Position numbers and translations under genes: made by a program. Below are positions 1 to 9,149 of a DNA stretch of 34,232 bases, piece by piece. The notes under the pieces are model-generated. The model worked only from the letters and a program-made list of their open reading frames with translations, did no database searches and was not told the origin of the DNA. Source of the stretch: Candidatus Methylomirabilia bacterium (GTDB lineage Bacteria; Methylomirabilota; Methylomirabilia; Rokubacteriales; CSP1-6); NCBI GenBank assembly GCA_041497895.1, contig JBGQHJ010000037.1, positions 1 through 34,232 on the forward strand, given 5' to 3'. Positions within the stretch are counted from its first letter, which is position 1. Every line of letters begins with the position of its first letter.

Positions 1-1
1 C

Positions 2-232
2 GACATCCCGTTCGGCGACTTCGAGGAGGGCTTCCCCGCGCTCCTCACCCTCGCGGTGATGCCGTTCACCTACTCGATCACCAACGGCATCGGCGCCGGC
101 TTCATCGCCTACTGCTTCATCAAGCTCGTGCGCGGCAAGGGAGCCGAGGTGCCCGCGATGATGTACGCGGCCGCGCTCGCTTTCGTGATCTACTTCGTGC
201 TGCCGCTCATCCAGCGCCTGCTCGCCGCCTAG
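2..232 (+). CDS. NCS2/AzgA-family nucleobase permease, C-terminal fragment (5' truncated by window)
   Basis: Manual translation of frame 2: DIPFGDFEEGFPALLTLAVMPFTYSITNGIGAGFIAYCFIKLVRGK...LLAA*, stop TAG at 230-232; the 'MPFTYSITNGI.GFI.Y' segment is typical of AzgA-type permease C-termini. Not in the ORF track. Confidence 0.85.
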   Translation, partial: DIPFGDFEEGFPALLTLAVMPFTYSITNGIGAGFIAYCFIKLVRGKGAEVPAMMYAAALAFVIYFVLPLIQRLLAA

Positions 233-257
233 GCCGCCCGGCGCCTCCGCCGCCCTG

Positions 258-266
258 TGGTACGCT
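258..266 (+). promoter_or_regulatory. Putative extended -10 promoter (TGgTACGCT) for the PPIase gene
   Basis: TGn + TACGCT at 258-266 in the intergenic gap; AGGAGG Shine-Dalgarno precedes the GTG at 321. Confidence 0.4.
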
Positions 267-320
267 AGGGCCTTGACCGCCGAGCCGTCGACCGAGCGCA
301 CTCTCTAGGAGGCCGCCGCC

Positions 321-2237
321 GTGATCAGCCTGATGCGCGACTACGCCAGGAGCCTGAAGATCGTGCTCCTGATCGTCATCGTGGTGTTCATCCTCACCTC
401 CGGAGTGCTCTTCTACTTCGGGTCCGGTCCGTTCGGGAGCACCGGCGGGCGCAGCGGCGCGGTGGCGGTGGTGAACGGCGAGGAGATTCCCGTCGAGCGG
501 TTCAAGCGCGGCCAGGCGCAGATGATGGCCGCGTACGAGCGCATGGCCCGCCAGCGGCTGACCCCGGAGATGGCCGAACGGCTCGGGCTCTCTCAGCAGG
601 TGATCAACGAGCTCGTGACCGAAGCGCTGGTGGTCCAGGGGGCCAAGCAGGAGGGAGTCTCCACCAGTCACGAGGAGGTGAGCGCCCGGATTCGCGAGGT
701 GCCCGCGTTCCAGGTCGACGGTCGCTACTCGGCGGAGCGATACCTCGACGTGCTGAAGCGGGAGCGAATCAACCCGAACGACTTCTACTCCGACGTCCAG
801 CGCATCCTGGTCCGCCTCAAGATGGAGAGCCTGATCAAGCACGGCGTCAAGATGTCCGAGGAGGAGGTGCGGGAGGCCTATCGCCAACGCCACGAGCAGG
901 TGCGGGCCGCGTGGGCCTATGCCGACGTGAAGCCGGCGATGGCCGCGATCCAGGTGGCGGACGCCGACCTCGAGCCGTACGTGAAGGCGCACCAGCCGCA
1001 GTGGAGCCAGCCGGAGCGCCGGCGCCTGCAGTACGTGCTGGTGACGCCGAGCTCGCAGGCTCCCGCGGTCTCCGACGCCGAGGTCGAGGCGTACTACCAG
1101 GAGCACGGATCCGAGTTCGAGGAGCCGAGGCGCCTCCGGGTCGCCCACGTGCTGGTGCGGGTGCCCCCGGTCGGCGGCAGCGAGGCGGAGAACGCGGCCA
1201 AGGCGAAGGTCGAGGCGGTGATCAAGCGCGCGCGGGCCGGCGAGGACTTCGGCAAGCTCGCGCGAGAGGTCTCCGAGGACAAGGCGAGCGCGGTGCAGGG
1301 GGGCGATCTCGGCTTCGTGGGCCCCGGCGAGCTGGTGGCCCCGTTCGAGCAGGCCGCGTTCGCGCTGAAGAAGGGCGAGGTCTCGGACCCGGTCCGCACC
1401 CCCTTCGGCTATCACGCGATCCGGGTGCTCGACGTGCGGGAGGGGGGCAAGACGCCGCTCAAGGACGTGGCGCCCAAGATCAAGGCCACGCTCGTCGCCC
1501 GGAAGAGCGAGCGGGCGGCGCAGGCGCGCGCGGACGAGGTCAAGACCGCGCTGCTCGGCGCCCCCGACTTCGCGGCGGCGGCCAAGCGCCTCGGGCTCGA
1601 CGCGCGCGACGTCACCTTCGGGCGCGGCGACGCGCTCGGCGAGGCCGGTCGAGATCAGCAGCTCGACGAGACGGTGTTCGGGCTCGCGGTGGGCGGCGTC
1701 TCCGCGCCGATCAAGACCGCGGCGGGCTACGCGGTGGTCAAGGTCGTGCAGCAGGTCCCGGCGGGAGTGCCGCCGCTGGCCGAGATCCGGGAGCGCGTGG
1801 TCGAGGCCATCAAGCGCGAGCGGGCCGAGCAGCAGCTGACCGACAAGGCCAAGACCCTGGCCGCGACCCTCGCCAAGGGCGGAGACTTCGCCGCGGCCGC
1901 CAAGGCCGAGGGGTTCACCACCGGGAGCATCCCGCTCTTCTCTCGCGCGGATCCGCCGAAGGAGCGCGGCAGCCTGCCCGGCGGGGTGCTCCTGGCCGCG
2001 CTGCAGACCCCGGCCGGCCAGGTCGCGGACCCGGTGCGCGCCGAGGGCGGGGTCTACGTGGTCAAGACGCTCGAGCGGCAGCCCGCCAACCCCGACGGCT
2101 TCGACCGTGAGCGCCCGGAGCTGGACAAACAGGTGCTTGAGCAGAAGCGGGCGCTGGCGTGGGACACCTGGATCCGCGGCCGCCTCGCGTCGGCCAAGGT
2201 CGAGGTCGGCGGCCAGCCCGCCTCCATGACGCGCTGA
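321..2237 (+). CDS. ppiD: PpiD/SurA-type peptidyl-prolyl cis-trans isomerase / periplasmic chaperone
   Basis: 638 aa; N-terminal TM anchor, SurA N-domain (VAVVNGEEI), parvulin motifs ([37 protein letters not shown]). Confidence 0.9.
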   Translation: MISLMRDYARSLKIVLLIVIVVFILTSGVLFYFGSGPFGSTGGRSGAVAVVNGEEIPVERFKRGQAQMMAAYERMARQRLTPEMAERLGLSQQVINELVTEALVVQGAKQEGVSTSHEEVSARIREVPAFQVDGRYSAERYLDVLKRERINPNDFYSDVQRILVRLKMESLIKHGVKMSEEEVREAYRQRHEQVRAAWAYADVKPAMAAIQVADADLEPYVKAHQPQWSQPERRRLQYVLVTPSSQAPAVSDAEVEAYYQEHGSEFEEPRRLRVAHVLVRVPPVGGSEAENAAKAKVEAVIKRARAGEDFGKLAREVSEDKASAVQGGDLGFVGPGELVAPFEQAAFALKKGEVSDPVRTPFGYHAIRVLDVREGGKTPLKDVAPKIKATLVARKSERAAQARADEVKTALLGAPDFAAAAKRLGLDARDVTFGRGDALGEAGRDQQLDETVFGLAVGGVSAPIKTAAGYAVVKVVQQVPAGVPPLAEIRERVVEAIKRERAEQQLTDKAKTLAATLAKGGDFAAAAKAEGFTTGSIPLFSRADPPKERGSLPGGVLLAALQTPAGQVADPVRAEGGVYVVKTLERQPANPDGFDRERPELDKQVLEQKRALAWDTWIRGRLASAKVEVGGQPASMTR

Positions 2238-2242
2238 CCGCG

Positions 2243-2797
2243 ATGGACAAGGCCGCGCTCCTCATCATCGACGCCCAGCAGGAGTACTTCGCCCCGATGG
2301 GGAAGGTGGTCCTGCCCGACGGGCCCAAGGCGGTGGCCCGCATCGCGGAGACCCTGCGCTGGGCGCGGGCGAGCCGGGTGCCGGTCTTCCATATCGTCCA
2401 CGAGAGCCGCCGGCCCGGGGCCGCGACCTTCGTGCCGGGCAGCCCGGCGCTGGCCATCCACGACGCGGTGACGCCCCGCGCGGAGGAGCCGATCATCACC
2501 AAGCACCTGCCCGGCGCCTTCACCGGCACCGCGCTCGAAGCCGAGCTCCGCCGCCGCGGCATCGAGCGCGTCATCGTCTCCGGCTTCATGACCCAGATGT
2601 GCTGCGACACGACGACACGCGAGGCCGCCCACCGCGGCTTCAAGGTGACGCTGCTCTCGGACGCGACCGCCGCGATGGACGTCAAGGGGCCCGACGGGGT
2701 CGTGATCCCCCACGACCAGGTTCACCGGACCCACCTGGGCAGCCTCAACGGCTTCCTGGCCGAGGTGAAGCGGAGCGACGAGGTGATCGGGACATGA
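2243..2797 (+). CDS. Cysteine hydrolase (isochorismatase family)
   Basis: Start reassigned to ATG 2243 ([12 protein letters not shown]); Asp-Lys-Cys triad: IIDAQ, ITKH, QMCCDTT; 184 aa. Confidence 0.88.
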   Translation: MDKAALLIIDAQQEYFAPMGKVVLPDGPKAVARIAETLRWARASRVPVFHIVHESRRPGAATFVPGSPALAIHDAVTPRAEEPIITKHLPGAFTGTALEAELRRRGIERVIVSGFMTQMCCDTTTREAAHRGFKVTLLSDATAAMDVKGPDGVVIPHDQVHRTHLGSLNGFLAEVKRSDEVIGT

Positions 2798-3279
2798 GCA
2801 TCCAGCGCACGCCGATGACGCGCGCGGGCTACGAGCGACTGCGCGACGAGGTGGCGCGGCTCAAGAAGGAGCGCCCGAACATCGTGCGGGCCATCGCGGA
2901 GGCGCGGGCCCACGGCGACCTGAGCGAGAACGCGGAGTACCACGCGGCGCGGGAGCGGCAGGGATTCATCGAGGCGCGCATCACCGATCTCGAGAGCAAG
3001 GTCGGCACCGCCGAGGTCATCGATCCGCCGACCTCCGGGGACCGGGTCACCTTCGGATCCACCGTGAAGCTCGCGGACGAGGACGGCAAGGAGGCGATCT
3101 ACCAGATCGTGGGCTCCGACGAGGCCGATCCGAAGCGGGGGATGATCTCGATCATGTCGCCGCTGGCCCGCACCCTGATCAGCAAGAAGGTCGGCGACAG
3201 CGTGATCGCGACGCTCCCCGGCGGCAAGAAGACCTTCGAGATCCTCGCCGCGAACTTCCCGATCGGTCAGGGGCACTAG
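2794..3279 (+). CDS. greA: Transcription elongation factor GreA
   Basis: ATGA overlap with the upstream stop; [59 protein letters not shown]; 161 aa. Confidence 0.95.
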   Translation: MSIQRTPMTRAGYERLRDEVARLKKERPNIVRAIAEARAHGDLSENAEYHAARERQGFIEARITDLESKVGTAEVIDPPTSGDRVTFGSTVKLADEDGKEAIYQIVGSDEADPKRGMISIMSPLARTLISKKVGDSVIATLPGGKKTFEILAANFPIGQGH

Positions 3280-3335
3280 CGGATCAGGTCGGGGCAACCG
3301 GGGCTGCTGCAGGCCACCGGAAGCTTCTCTTCATC

Positions 3336-3421
3336 TGCGGGGGCCCAGAAATGGCCCCCGCACTCCCCCCCAGTCCGCAGCCCCCCGTGCCGCGGGCGCT
3401 CGTCGCGGAGCCGCGGATGGG
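3336..3421. repeat. REP-like palindromic element / bidirectional terminator between convergent greA and DGQHR genes
   Basis: Perfect 10-bp stem tgcgggggcc(3336-3345)-cagaaat-ggcccccgca(3353-3362), followed by a motif at 3390-3421 similar to 18906-18936. Confidence 0.55.
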
Positions 3422-3443
3422 CGTTCCGGCGCAGTCGGGGCGG

Positions 3444-4580
3444 TTAGTTTCGCAGCGCGTCCCGCAGTTCGCGGGTCAGGGCCTCGACCGTGCCGCGCGT
3501 GCCGCCCGCGAGCTTGTTCTTCCACTCGCCCTCGGTCTCGAAGCGGCGGTCCCGGAGCCGCTCGCCCCATGGCTTCACCGCGTCGCGGATGGCGTGGAAA
3601 TCGAACGCGTCCTTCTTCAGCTCGCGCGCGCGGGCCATCACGTCGGGCGCCACCCGGATGAAGGCGCGGAGCGCGGCGCCGGTCTTGATCGAGTATTTCC
3701 GTCCCGCCCACGCGGTGGGGAAGACCCCGGCCACCGCCTTCATGTAGCTCAGGAAGAAGCGCTTGGCGTGCTGGCGCACCTCGTTCATGCGCGCGCCGCC
3801 GCCGATCTTCTCCACCGTGTCGAGGAACTCCACGATCTCCTCGGCGAGCGGGGCCTGCGAGACGCGTCCCCGGCCGGTGCCCAGCATCTTGATCTCGCCG
3901 GCCAGTGGGGAGGTCTCGTCCTCGTTGAGCGAGCGGATCACGTCGTGGGCGAGGGCCTGGTTGGGATCGGGGTAGAGCTTGCGCCCGGCCAGGCTCACGA
4001 TGTGAGAAGGGTTGAGCCGCGTGTGCTTGGCGTTGATCGTGACGAAGAGCTCCACGATCTGGCGCGCGTCCAGCCGGTCGAAGAGCACCGCCGGGACCTC
4101 GATGCCGAGGTTCTCGCCCGCCTGGGTGAGGGCGTGCAGGGCGAGCAGGCGGTGCTGGCCGTCGAGCACGCGCAGCACGCCGTGCTCCTCCGGGATCTGG
4201 AGCAGGCCCAGGTCGTGCTGGCTCGCCATCGGAGTGAAGGTGAAGCGCTTCTCCGAGGTGATGATGACCGCGCCGGGGATGGCGGGCAGGGTACCCGCGT
4301 CCTTGCAATCGCGGTAGTAGCCGACCAGCTCGTCGATCTTTCGCTTGATCACCGGGCGCTGGTACGCGGTCTCGCTCTCCCCGATCCGTTTCTCGAGCGC
4401 TTCCCAGTTCACACGCGCCCGGTTCGCGCGCTGCTTGCCCTTGCCGGAAGGCTCGATCTCCGCGCCTCCGTAGCCGAGCACCTCGAACTTCACCAGCCGG
4501 TCGATATCCTTGGCGGAGAACGACGCCTGGAAGAACTCGACCCCGAATTGCTTCACGCGGTGCGCGGGAACCGTGATCAT
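3444..4580 (-). CDS. DGQHR-domain protein (DndB-like, ParB/Srx-related fold)
   Basis: YQRP, IPGAVII, LRVLDGQHRLLAL and ELFVTIN motifs; likely start ATG 4580 (MITVPAHRVK) with GGAGG upstream; 378 aa. Confidence 0.88.
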   Translation of the reverse strand: MITVPAHRVKQFGVEFFQASFSAKDIDRLVKFEVLGYGGAEIEPSGKGKQRANRARVNWEALEKRIGESETAYQRPVIKRKIDELVGYYRDCKDAGTLPAIPGAVIITSEKRFTFTPMASQHDLGLLQIPEEHGVLRVLDGQHRLLALHALTQAGENLGIEVPAVLFDRLDARQIVELFVTINAKHTRLNPSHIVSLAGRKLYPDPNQALAHDVIRSLNEDETSPLAGEIKMLGTGRGRVSQAPLAEEIVEFLDTVEKIGGGARMNEVRQHAKRFFLSYMKAVAGVFPTAWAGRKYSIKTGAALRAFIRVAPDVMARARELKKDAFDFHAIRDAVKPWGERLRDRRFETEGEWKNKLAGGTRGTVEALTRELRDALRN

Positions 4581-4632
4581 CGGCCGTTCCGCCTCCGTGG
4601 GGACAGGTGCTCTGCTGTGGGGTAGCTGGCCC

Positions 4633-4661
4633 ACTCTAGTCGAAGCTTAAACCCCTGTCAA
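4633..4661 (-). promoter_or_regulatory. Sigma70 promoter of the DGQHR gene
   Basis: Minus strand TTGACA (4661-4656), exactly 17 nt, TAGAGT (4638-4633). Confidence 0.75.
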
Positions 4662-4726
4662 CATGTGCCTTTTCGGCTCTGGACCTGTCCGGGGTCAGCC
4701 CCTACGAGTTGGGGTCGGCGCCGGGC

Positions 4727-4786
4727 TTATCCACAACATGTGGGTAGCCTGGGGATACGGGAAATCCTGTGGATACCTGTGGATGA
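4727..4786. promoter_or_regulatory. Cluster of five DnaA boxes (oriC-like or DnaA-regulated site)
   Basis: TTATCCACA 4727-4735 (perfect, +); reverse-oriented boxes TGTGGGTAG 4739-4747 (2 mismatches), TGGGGATAC 4750-4758 (2), TGTGGATAC 4768-4776 (1), TGTGGATGA 4778-4786 (1). Confidence 0.8.
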
Positions 4787-4794
4787 ATTCCGCC

Positions 4795-5361
4795 TCACCG
4801 CCACGCGAGCGCGCCCACGAGCCCGACGAGACCCAGGACGAGGAAGAGCGTGGCCGCCGCGCGGCGCAGCATCACCTGGGACACGAGCCGGGTGAGGTGC
4901 GAGCCGCCGAAGACGACCAGGCCGTCCGCGGCCAGCATGCCGAGCGTGGTCCCCACCGTGACCAGTCCCGCGCCCTCGAAGCGCGCCCCCAGGGCGACGG
5001 TGGCGAGCTGGGTCTTGTCGCCCATCTCGGCCAGGAAGAAGATCACGGTGGTGGAGAGCAGGGGTCCCCAGCGGGTGGGCTCGCTCGTCTCGGGCGCGCG
5101 GTCCGGCACGAGCGTCCAGATGCCGAAGCCGATGAAGCTCAGCGCCAGCGCCCAGGCCAGCGCCGCGGGAGGGAGCAGCCGCGAGACCCAGACCCCGACC
5201 GTCGCGGCCAGCGCGTGATTGACGATGGTGGCGAGCAGGATGCCGAGCATCACGGTCCACGGGCGCCGGTACCGCGCGGCGAGGGCGAGGGCCACGAGCT
5301 GGGTCTTGTCGCCCATCTCGGCCAGGGCGACGACGAGGAACGAGGTCCAGAGCGCGGCCAT
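4795..5361 (-). CDS. TMEM165/GDT1 (UPF0016) family Mn2+/Ca2+ transporter
   Basis: Two copies of the signature LAEMGDKTQL; hydrophobic helices; 188 aa. Confidence 0.93.
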   Translation of the reverse strand: MAALWTSFLVVALAEMGDKTQLVALALAARYRRPWTVMLGILLATIVNHALAATVGVWVSRLLPPAALAWALALSFIGFGIWTLVPDRAPETSEPTRWGPLLSTTVIFFLAEMGDKTQLATVALGARFEGAGLVTVGTTLGMLAADGLVVFGGSHLTRLVSQVMLRRAAATLFLVLGLVGLVGALAWR

Positions 5362-5383
5362 CTCGACGGCTCGAAGCCCGCGG

Positions 5384-6862
5384 CTACTGCGGGCGCTTCA
5401 CGTACTGGCCGCGGGCGGGGCCGACCACGTGGGCGCCGTCGTAGACCAGGGCGCCGCGCAGGAACGTCGCGGTCACCCGGCCGGTCAGGTCCTGGCCCTC
5501 GAACGGGGTGTAGCCCTGGCCGGAGGGCGAGTCGGCGGCCCGCACCGTGAAGCGGCGCGTGGGATCGACCAGCGCCAGGTCGGCGTCGTAGCCCACCGCG
5601 ACGTCGCCCTTGCGCAGCAGGCCGAAGCGCTGGGCCGGATTCCACGCGAGCACCTCGGCCATGTGCGAGTAGGACATGCCGCGCCGGCTGCCCTCGCTGA
5701 AAACGCCGGAGAGCAGGTACTCGGTGCCGCCGAAGCCGGAGCGCGCGAGCCAGATATCGTCGGGACGCTCGGCGGCGACCTTCATCTCGCGCGCGCAGCA
5801 GGCGTGGTCGCTCACCACCCAGTCGAGCTGGCGACCGAGGAGCGCCTGCCACAGGAACTCCACGTCCTCGCGCGGACGGATCGGCGGGTTGACCTTGGCG
5901 AGCACTCCGGTCGGCGCGTCGCAGTCGAGCAGGAGGTGGCCGACCGTGACCTCGCGGCGCACGTCCAGGTGCGGGAACACCCGGGGCAGCGCGACCGCGG
6001 CCTCCACCGCCTTGCGGGAGGAGAGATGCAGCAGGTTGATCCCCGCGCACTCGGTCTCGTGGGCGAGGTAGCCGGCGATCCACACCGCGAGCCCTTCCGC
6101 GTGCGGCGGCCGCGCCGCACTGTAGGCCCGCAGACCGGCGAGCGAGCCGTCGCGCGCCACCCGCTGGGTGTACGCGTTGAGGATGTCGGCCACCTCGCAG
6201 TGCAGGCTCACCGTGACGTGCGGGGCCAGGCGCGGGTGGGCCTGCCGGATCCGCGTCGCCGCGCGCATGATGAACTCGAAGTGGGCGAAGTCGTAGCTCT
6301 CGTCGCTCTCCACCATGAGGAAGCGTCGCTGGGCCGCCCGGTCCGCCTGGCCGTGCAGCCCGTGGCCGCCGTAGAACATGAAGATCTTGAACGAGGGCAC
6401 GCCCTGCCCGGTGGCCAGCCACTCCATCTCGTCGATGTGCCGGCTCTCGATCGGGGCCAGGTGGTATCCGTAGTCGCACCAGTATCGGTCGCGCGAGGCC
6501 GCGAGCACCTGCGGAAAGAAGTCAGCGTAGGGCCCGCCCCGGTTCAGGTAGTACTGCCCGGTGCGGAAGTAGGTGAGCACGGTGGTGACGCCGCCGGCCA
6601 CCGCGGCCCGGCTCTCGGAGACCGCGTCCTCCGCGAGCGGCGCGTAGATGCCGACGTGGGTGTGGGCGTCCACCACGCCCGGGAAGGCGAGCTGCCCGCG
6701 CGCGTCGAAGACCTCGCGCGCCTGGGTCGCGTCGATGACGGGCTCCACGCGCGCGAAGCGCCCGTCCGCGATGCCCAGATCGCGCGCCTCGACCGCGGCC
6801 TGCCGCGGGCGCACGAGGCGCGCGTTCTTGATGAGCAGGTCCAGCGGTGGACGGTCCGGCAT
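5384..6862 (-). CDS. Cyclic amidohydrolase (allantoinase/dihydroorotase-like metallo-hydrolase)
   Basis: PGVVDAHTH metal motif, SFKIFM (carboxylated Lys position), LHCE, LLHLS, KVNPPIR, VSDHA, GYDADLALVD; 492 aa. Confidence 0.88.
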   Translation of the reverse strand: MPDRPPLDLLIKNARLVRPRQAAVEARDLGIADGRFARVEPVIDATQAREVFDARGQLAFPGVVDAHTHVGIYAPLAEDAVSESRAAVAGGVTTVLTYFRTGQYYLNRGGPYADFFPQVLAASRDRYWCDYGYHLAPIESRHIDEMEWLATGQGVPSFKIFMFYGGHGLHGQADRAAQRRFLMVESDESYDFAHFEFIMRAATRIRQAHPRLAPHVTVSLHCEVADILNAYTQRVARDGSLAGLRAYSAARPPHAEGLAVWIAGYLAHETECAGINLLHLSSRKAVEAAVALPRVFPHLDVRREVTVGHLLLDCDAPTGVLAKVNPPIRPREDVEFLWQALLGRQLDWVVSDHACCAREMKVAAERPDDIWLARSGFGGTEYLLSGVFSEGSRRGMSYSHMAEVLAWNPAQRFGLLRKGDVAVGYDADLALVDPTRRFTVRAADSPSGQGYTPFEGQDLTGRVTATFLRGALVYDGAHVVGPARGQYVKRPQ

Positions 6863-6910
6863 GGGCGCGCCCGATTCTACATCGGAGCGCCCTCGGGATG
6901 GGGCCGCGCG

Positions 6911-6939
6911 TTGACAGGCCGGGGGGTGGATGCTAGGCT
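6911..6939 (+). promoter_or_regulatory. Sigma70 promoter for ABC operon 1
   Basis: TTGACA 6911-6916, 17 nt, TAGGCT 6934-6939 with TGc extended -10. Confidence 0.7.
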
Positions 6940-6994
6940 CGCCGCGTTCGAATCACGCCAGTTCCACTCACTCGATTCCGGTCCGGAGGACACG

Positions 6995-8248
6995 ATGTCG
7001 AACGACCAGCGAGATCCCCAGTGGGAGCCGATCGGGCGCCGCCGCTTCCTCACCACGGTGGGCGCGGCCTCCGCCGTCGCCCTCGCCGCGCCCGCGCTCG
7101 GGCGGGCCCAGGCCCGCGAGGTGAAGGTCGGCTACATGCTGCCGGTGACGGGCCCGCTCGCCTTCGAGGCGCAGCTGGCGCTCAACGGGCTGCTCCTCGC
7201 GGTCGACGAGATCAACGGCGCGGGCGGGATCAAGTCCCTCGGGGGCGCGCGCATCACCCTGCTGCCGGGCGACACCCAGAACAAGGTCGAGCTCGGCAAC
7301 TCCGAGGCGGCGCGGCTCATCGACCAGGGCGTCACCGCGCTGATCGGCCCCTTCTCGAGCCTGGTGGCGTTCTCGGTGCGCCAGGTCACCGAGAAGAACA
7401 AGACCCCGTTCCTGCTGCTCGCGACCGTGGCCGACAACGTGCTGGAGGGCGGGCTCCACTACTGCTTCCGCATGCAGCCCAACGCGCGCGCGATGGCGAC
7501 CCTCACGGTCGGCAACATGATGGAGATGGCCAAGAACGCGGGCGTGGCCATCAAGCGCGTCGCGATCATGCACGAGGACGGCAACTTCGGCACCACCATG
7601 GGCAACCACGTCGAGAGCTTCGCGGGCAAGATGGGCTACGAGCTGGTCCAGCGCGTGCCCTACAACCTGCGCTCGCCCGACTTCACCGCCGAGCTGTCGA
7701 AGGTCAAGGCCGCGCGCCCGGATCTCCTCGTGATCAGCGGCTACTACGGCGACTCCAAGATCATCGCGGAGACCGCGGCCAAGCTCCGCATCGGGGTCCA
7801 CGCCCTCGTGGGCCTCGCCAACGCGGCCTACTCGAACCCCAAGTTCATCGCCGACAACCGCGAGCTCACCGAGCACCTCTTCGACGGCAACTACTGGCAC
7901 AATCCGCAGAGCGCGCGCGCCCGCGCGGTGTTCGACGCCTACCAGAAGCGCTTCAGCGCCACCATGTCCAACCACGGGGTGCAGGGCTACCAGGTGATGT
8001 TCGTGCTCAAGGACGCGCTGGAGCGGGCCGCGTCGACGGACCGGGAGAAGGTGCGGGAGGCGATCAGCAAGACCAACCTCACCGACCACATCCTGACCCA
8101 GGACGCGATCCGCTTCGACGAGGCGGGCGAGAACGTCAACGCCACGCCCGCCCTGCTCCAGGTGCAGGGCGGCAAGCCGCTGGTGGTGGGCCCCGCGCGT
8201 TTCGTGGAAGCCAAGCCGGTGTTCCCCGTGCCGAAGTGGAAGGGCTAG
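6995..8248 (+). CDS. ABC transporter substrate-binding protein (Liv/HAAT, PBP1 type), Tat signal peptide
   Basis: Real start ATG 6995 after GGAGGA (inside the 5219..8248 ORF); GRRRFL twin-arginine leader; VKVGYMLPVTGP, EINGAGG, IGPFSS; 417 aa. Confidence 0.9.
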   Translation: MSNDQRDPQWEPIGRRRFLTTVGAASAVALAAPALGRAQAREVKVGYMLPVTGPLAFEAQLALNGLLLAVDEINGAGGIKSLGGARITLLPGDTQNKVELGNSEAARLIDQGVTALIGPFSSLVAFSVRQVTEKNKTPFLLLATVADNVLEGGLHYCFRMQPNARAMATLTVGNMMEMAKNAGVAIKRVAIMHEDGNFGTTMGNHVESFAGKMGYELVQRVPYNLRSPDFTAELSKVKAARPDLLVISGYYGDSKIIAETAAKLRIGVHALVGLANAAYSNPKFIADNRELTEHLFDGNYWHNPQSARARAVFDAYQKRFSATMSNHGVQGYQVMFVLKDALERAASTDREKVREAISKTNLTDHILTQDAIRFDEAGENVNATPALLQVQGGKPLVVGPARFVEAKPVFPVPKWKG

Positions 8249-8276
8249 CCGGCTTCCCGAGGACGACCGGGGCGAG

Positions 8277-9149
8277 GTGACCTGGCTCTTCCTCCAGGCC
8301 GTCGTCAGCGGTCTGCTGCTGGGCGGCGTCTACGGGCTGGTCGCGACCGGCCTCTCCCTGATCTTCGGCGTGCTCCGCATCATCAACTTCGCCCACGGGG
8401 CGGTGATGATGCTGGGGATGTACACCTCCTACTGGCTCTTCGTGCTCGTGGGCCTCGATCCGTACCTCTCGATCCTCGTCACCGGCCCGCTCTTCTTCGC
8501 CCTCGGGATGCTCATCCAGCGCATCATCATCGAGCCCAACCGGGCCGCCGCCGAGCACAACCAGCTCCTGCTCACCCTGGGGATCGCCCTCGTCTTCGAG
8601 AACCTGGCCCTGGTCCTCTGGCAGGGCGACTTCCGCACCGTCCGGGTGTGGTACTCGGGGGCGTCCTTCCTGGTCGCGGACGTGCTGGTCGAGGTGCCGC
8701 GCCTGATCGCGGCGGGCGGCGCGGTGCTGATCGCCCTCGCGCTGTGGGGCTTCCTTCGCATGACCGACGCGGGCAAGGCGATCCGGGCCCTGTCCGAGGA
8801 ACCGGAGGGCGCCCGCCTGGTCGGCATCGACGTGGCGCGGATCCGTGGCGTCGCGTTCGGCATCGGCTCGGCCTGCGTGGCGGTGGCGGGGGCGCTCGTC
8901 ACCCCGTTCTTCTACGTGGCCCCCGACGTGGGCGAGAGCTTCAACATCATGGCCTTCGTGGTGGTGGTGCTGGGCGGCATGGGCAACTTCCTGGGCGCTC
9001 TCCTGGGCGGCTTCATCGTGGGGCTCGCCGAGTCGCTGGGGGCCGCGTTCCTGCCCGGCTCGCTCAAGCAGCTCGTGGTCTTCGGGCTCTTCGTGGTCGT
9101 GCTGCTGCTGCGGCCGGAAGGCCTCTTCGGGGCGCGCCGTGGCCGGTAG
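8277..9149 (+). CDS. livH: Branched-chain amino acid-type ABC permease (LivH-like)
   Basis: GLSLIFGVLRIINFAHG, GKAIRA, VVVLGGMG motifs; 290 aa. Confidence 0.9.
   Translation: MTWLFLQAVVSGLLLGGVYGLVATGLSLIFGVLRIINFAHGAVMMLGMYTSYWLFVLVGLDPYLSILVTGPLFFALGMLIQRIIIEPNRAAAEHNQLLLTLGIALVFENLALVLWQGDFRTVRVWYSGASFLVADVLVEVPRLIAAGGAVLIALALWGFLRMTDAGKAIRALSEEPEGARLVGIDVARIRGVAFGIGSACVAVAGALVTPFFYVAPDVGESFNIMAFVVVVLGGMGNFLGALLGGFIVGLAESLGAAFLPGSLKQLVVFGLFVVVLLLRPEGLFGARRGR

Noticed and set aside
3283..3312. tcaggtc..gctgc after greA reminiscent of the SRP RNA core
   Set aside because: Lacks the CAGG-x-GGAA/GNRA-x-AGCAG domain IV pattern and the long flanking stem
3444..4580. DNA phosphorothioation (dnd) defence island
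   Set aside because: Only the DGQHR gene is present; no DndA/C/D/E, DndFGH, Ssp or Pbe genes in the window
4596..4625. Two further degenerate DnaA-like boxes in the DGQHR leader (cgtggggac, tgtggggta)
   Set aside because: Three or more mismatches to TTATCCACA; expected by chance in GC-rich DNA, so not counted
5004..5326. Perfect 32-bp direct repeat (5004-5035 and 5295-5326)
   Set aside because: Both copies encode the LAEMGDKTQL signature of the internally duplicated TMEM165/GDT1 family; not a CRISPR repeat or att site
5362..5383. yybP-ykoY Mn riboswitch expected upstream of a TMEM165/GDT1 gene
   Set aside because: Only 22 bp separate it from the upstream amidohydrolase gene; no room for the motif
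5219..6994. Apparent 1009-aa ORF (5219..8248) suggesting a giant SBP fusion
   Set aside because: The first ~590 codons are the antisense shadow of the amidohydrolase/TMEM165 genes; a promoter (6911-6939), SD and Tat leader define the real start at 6995
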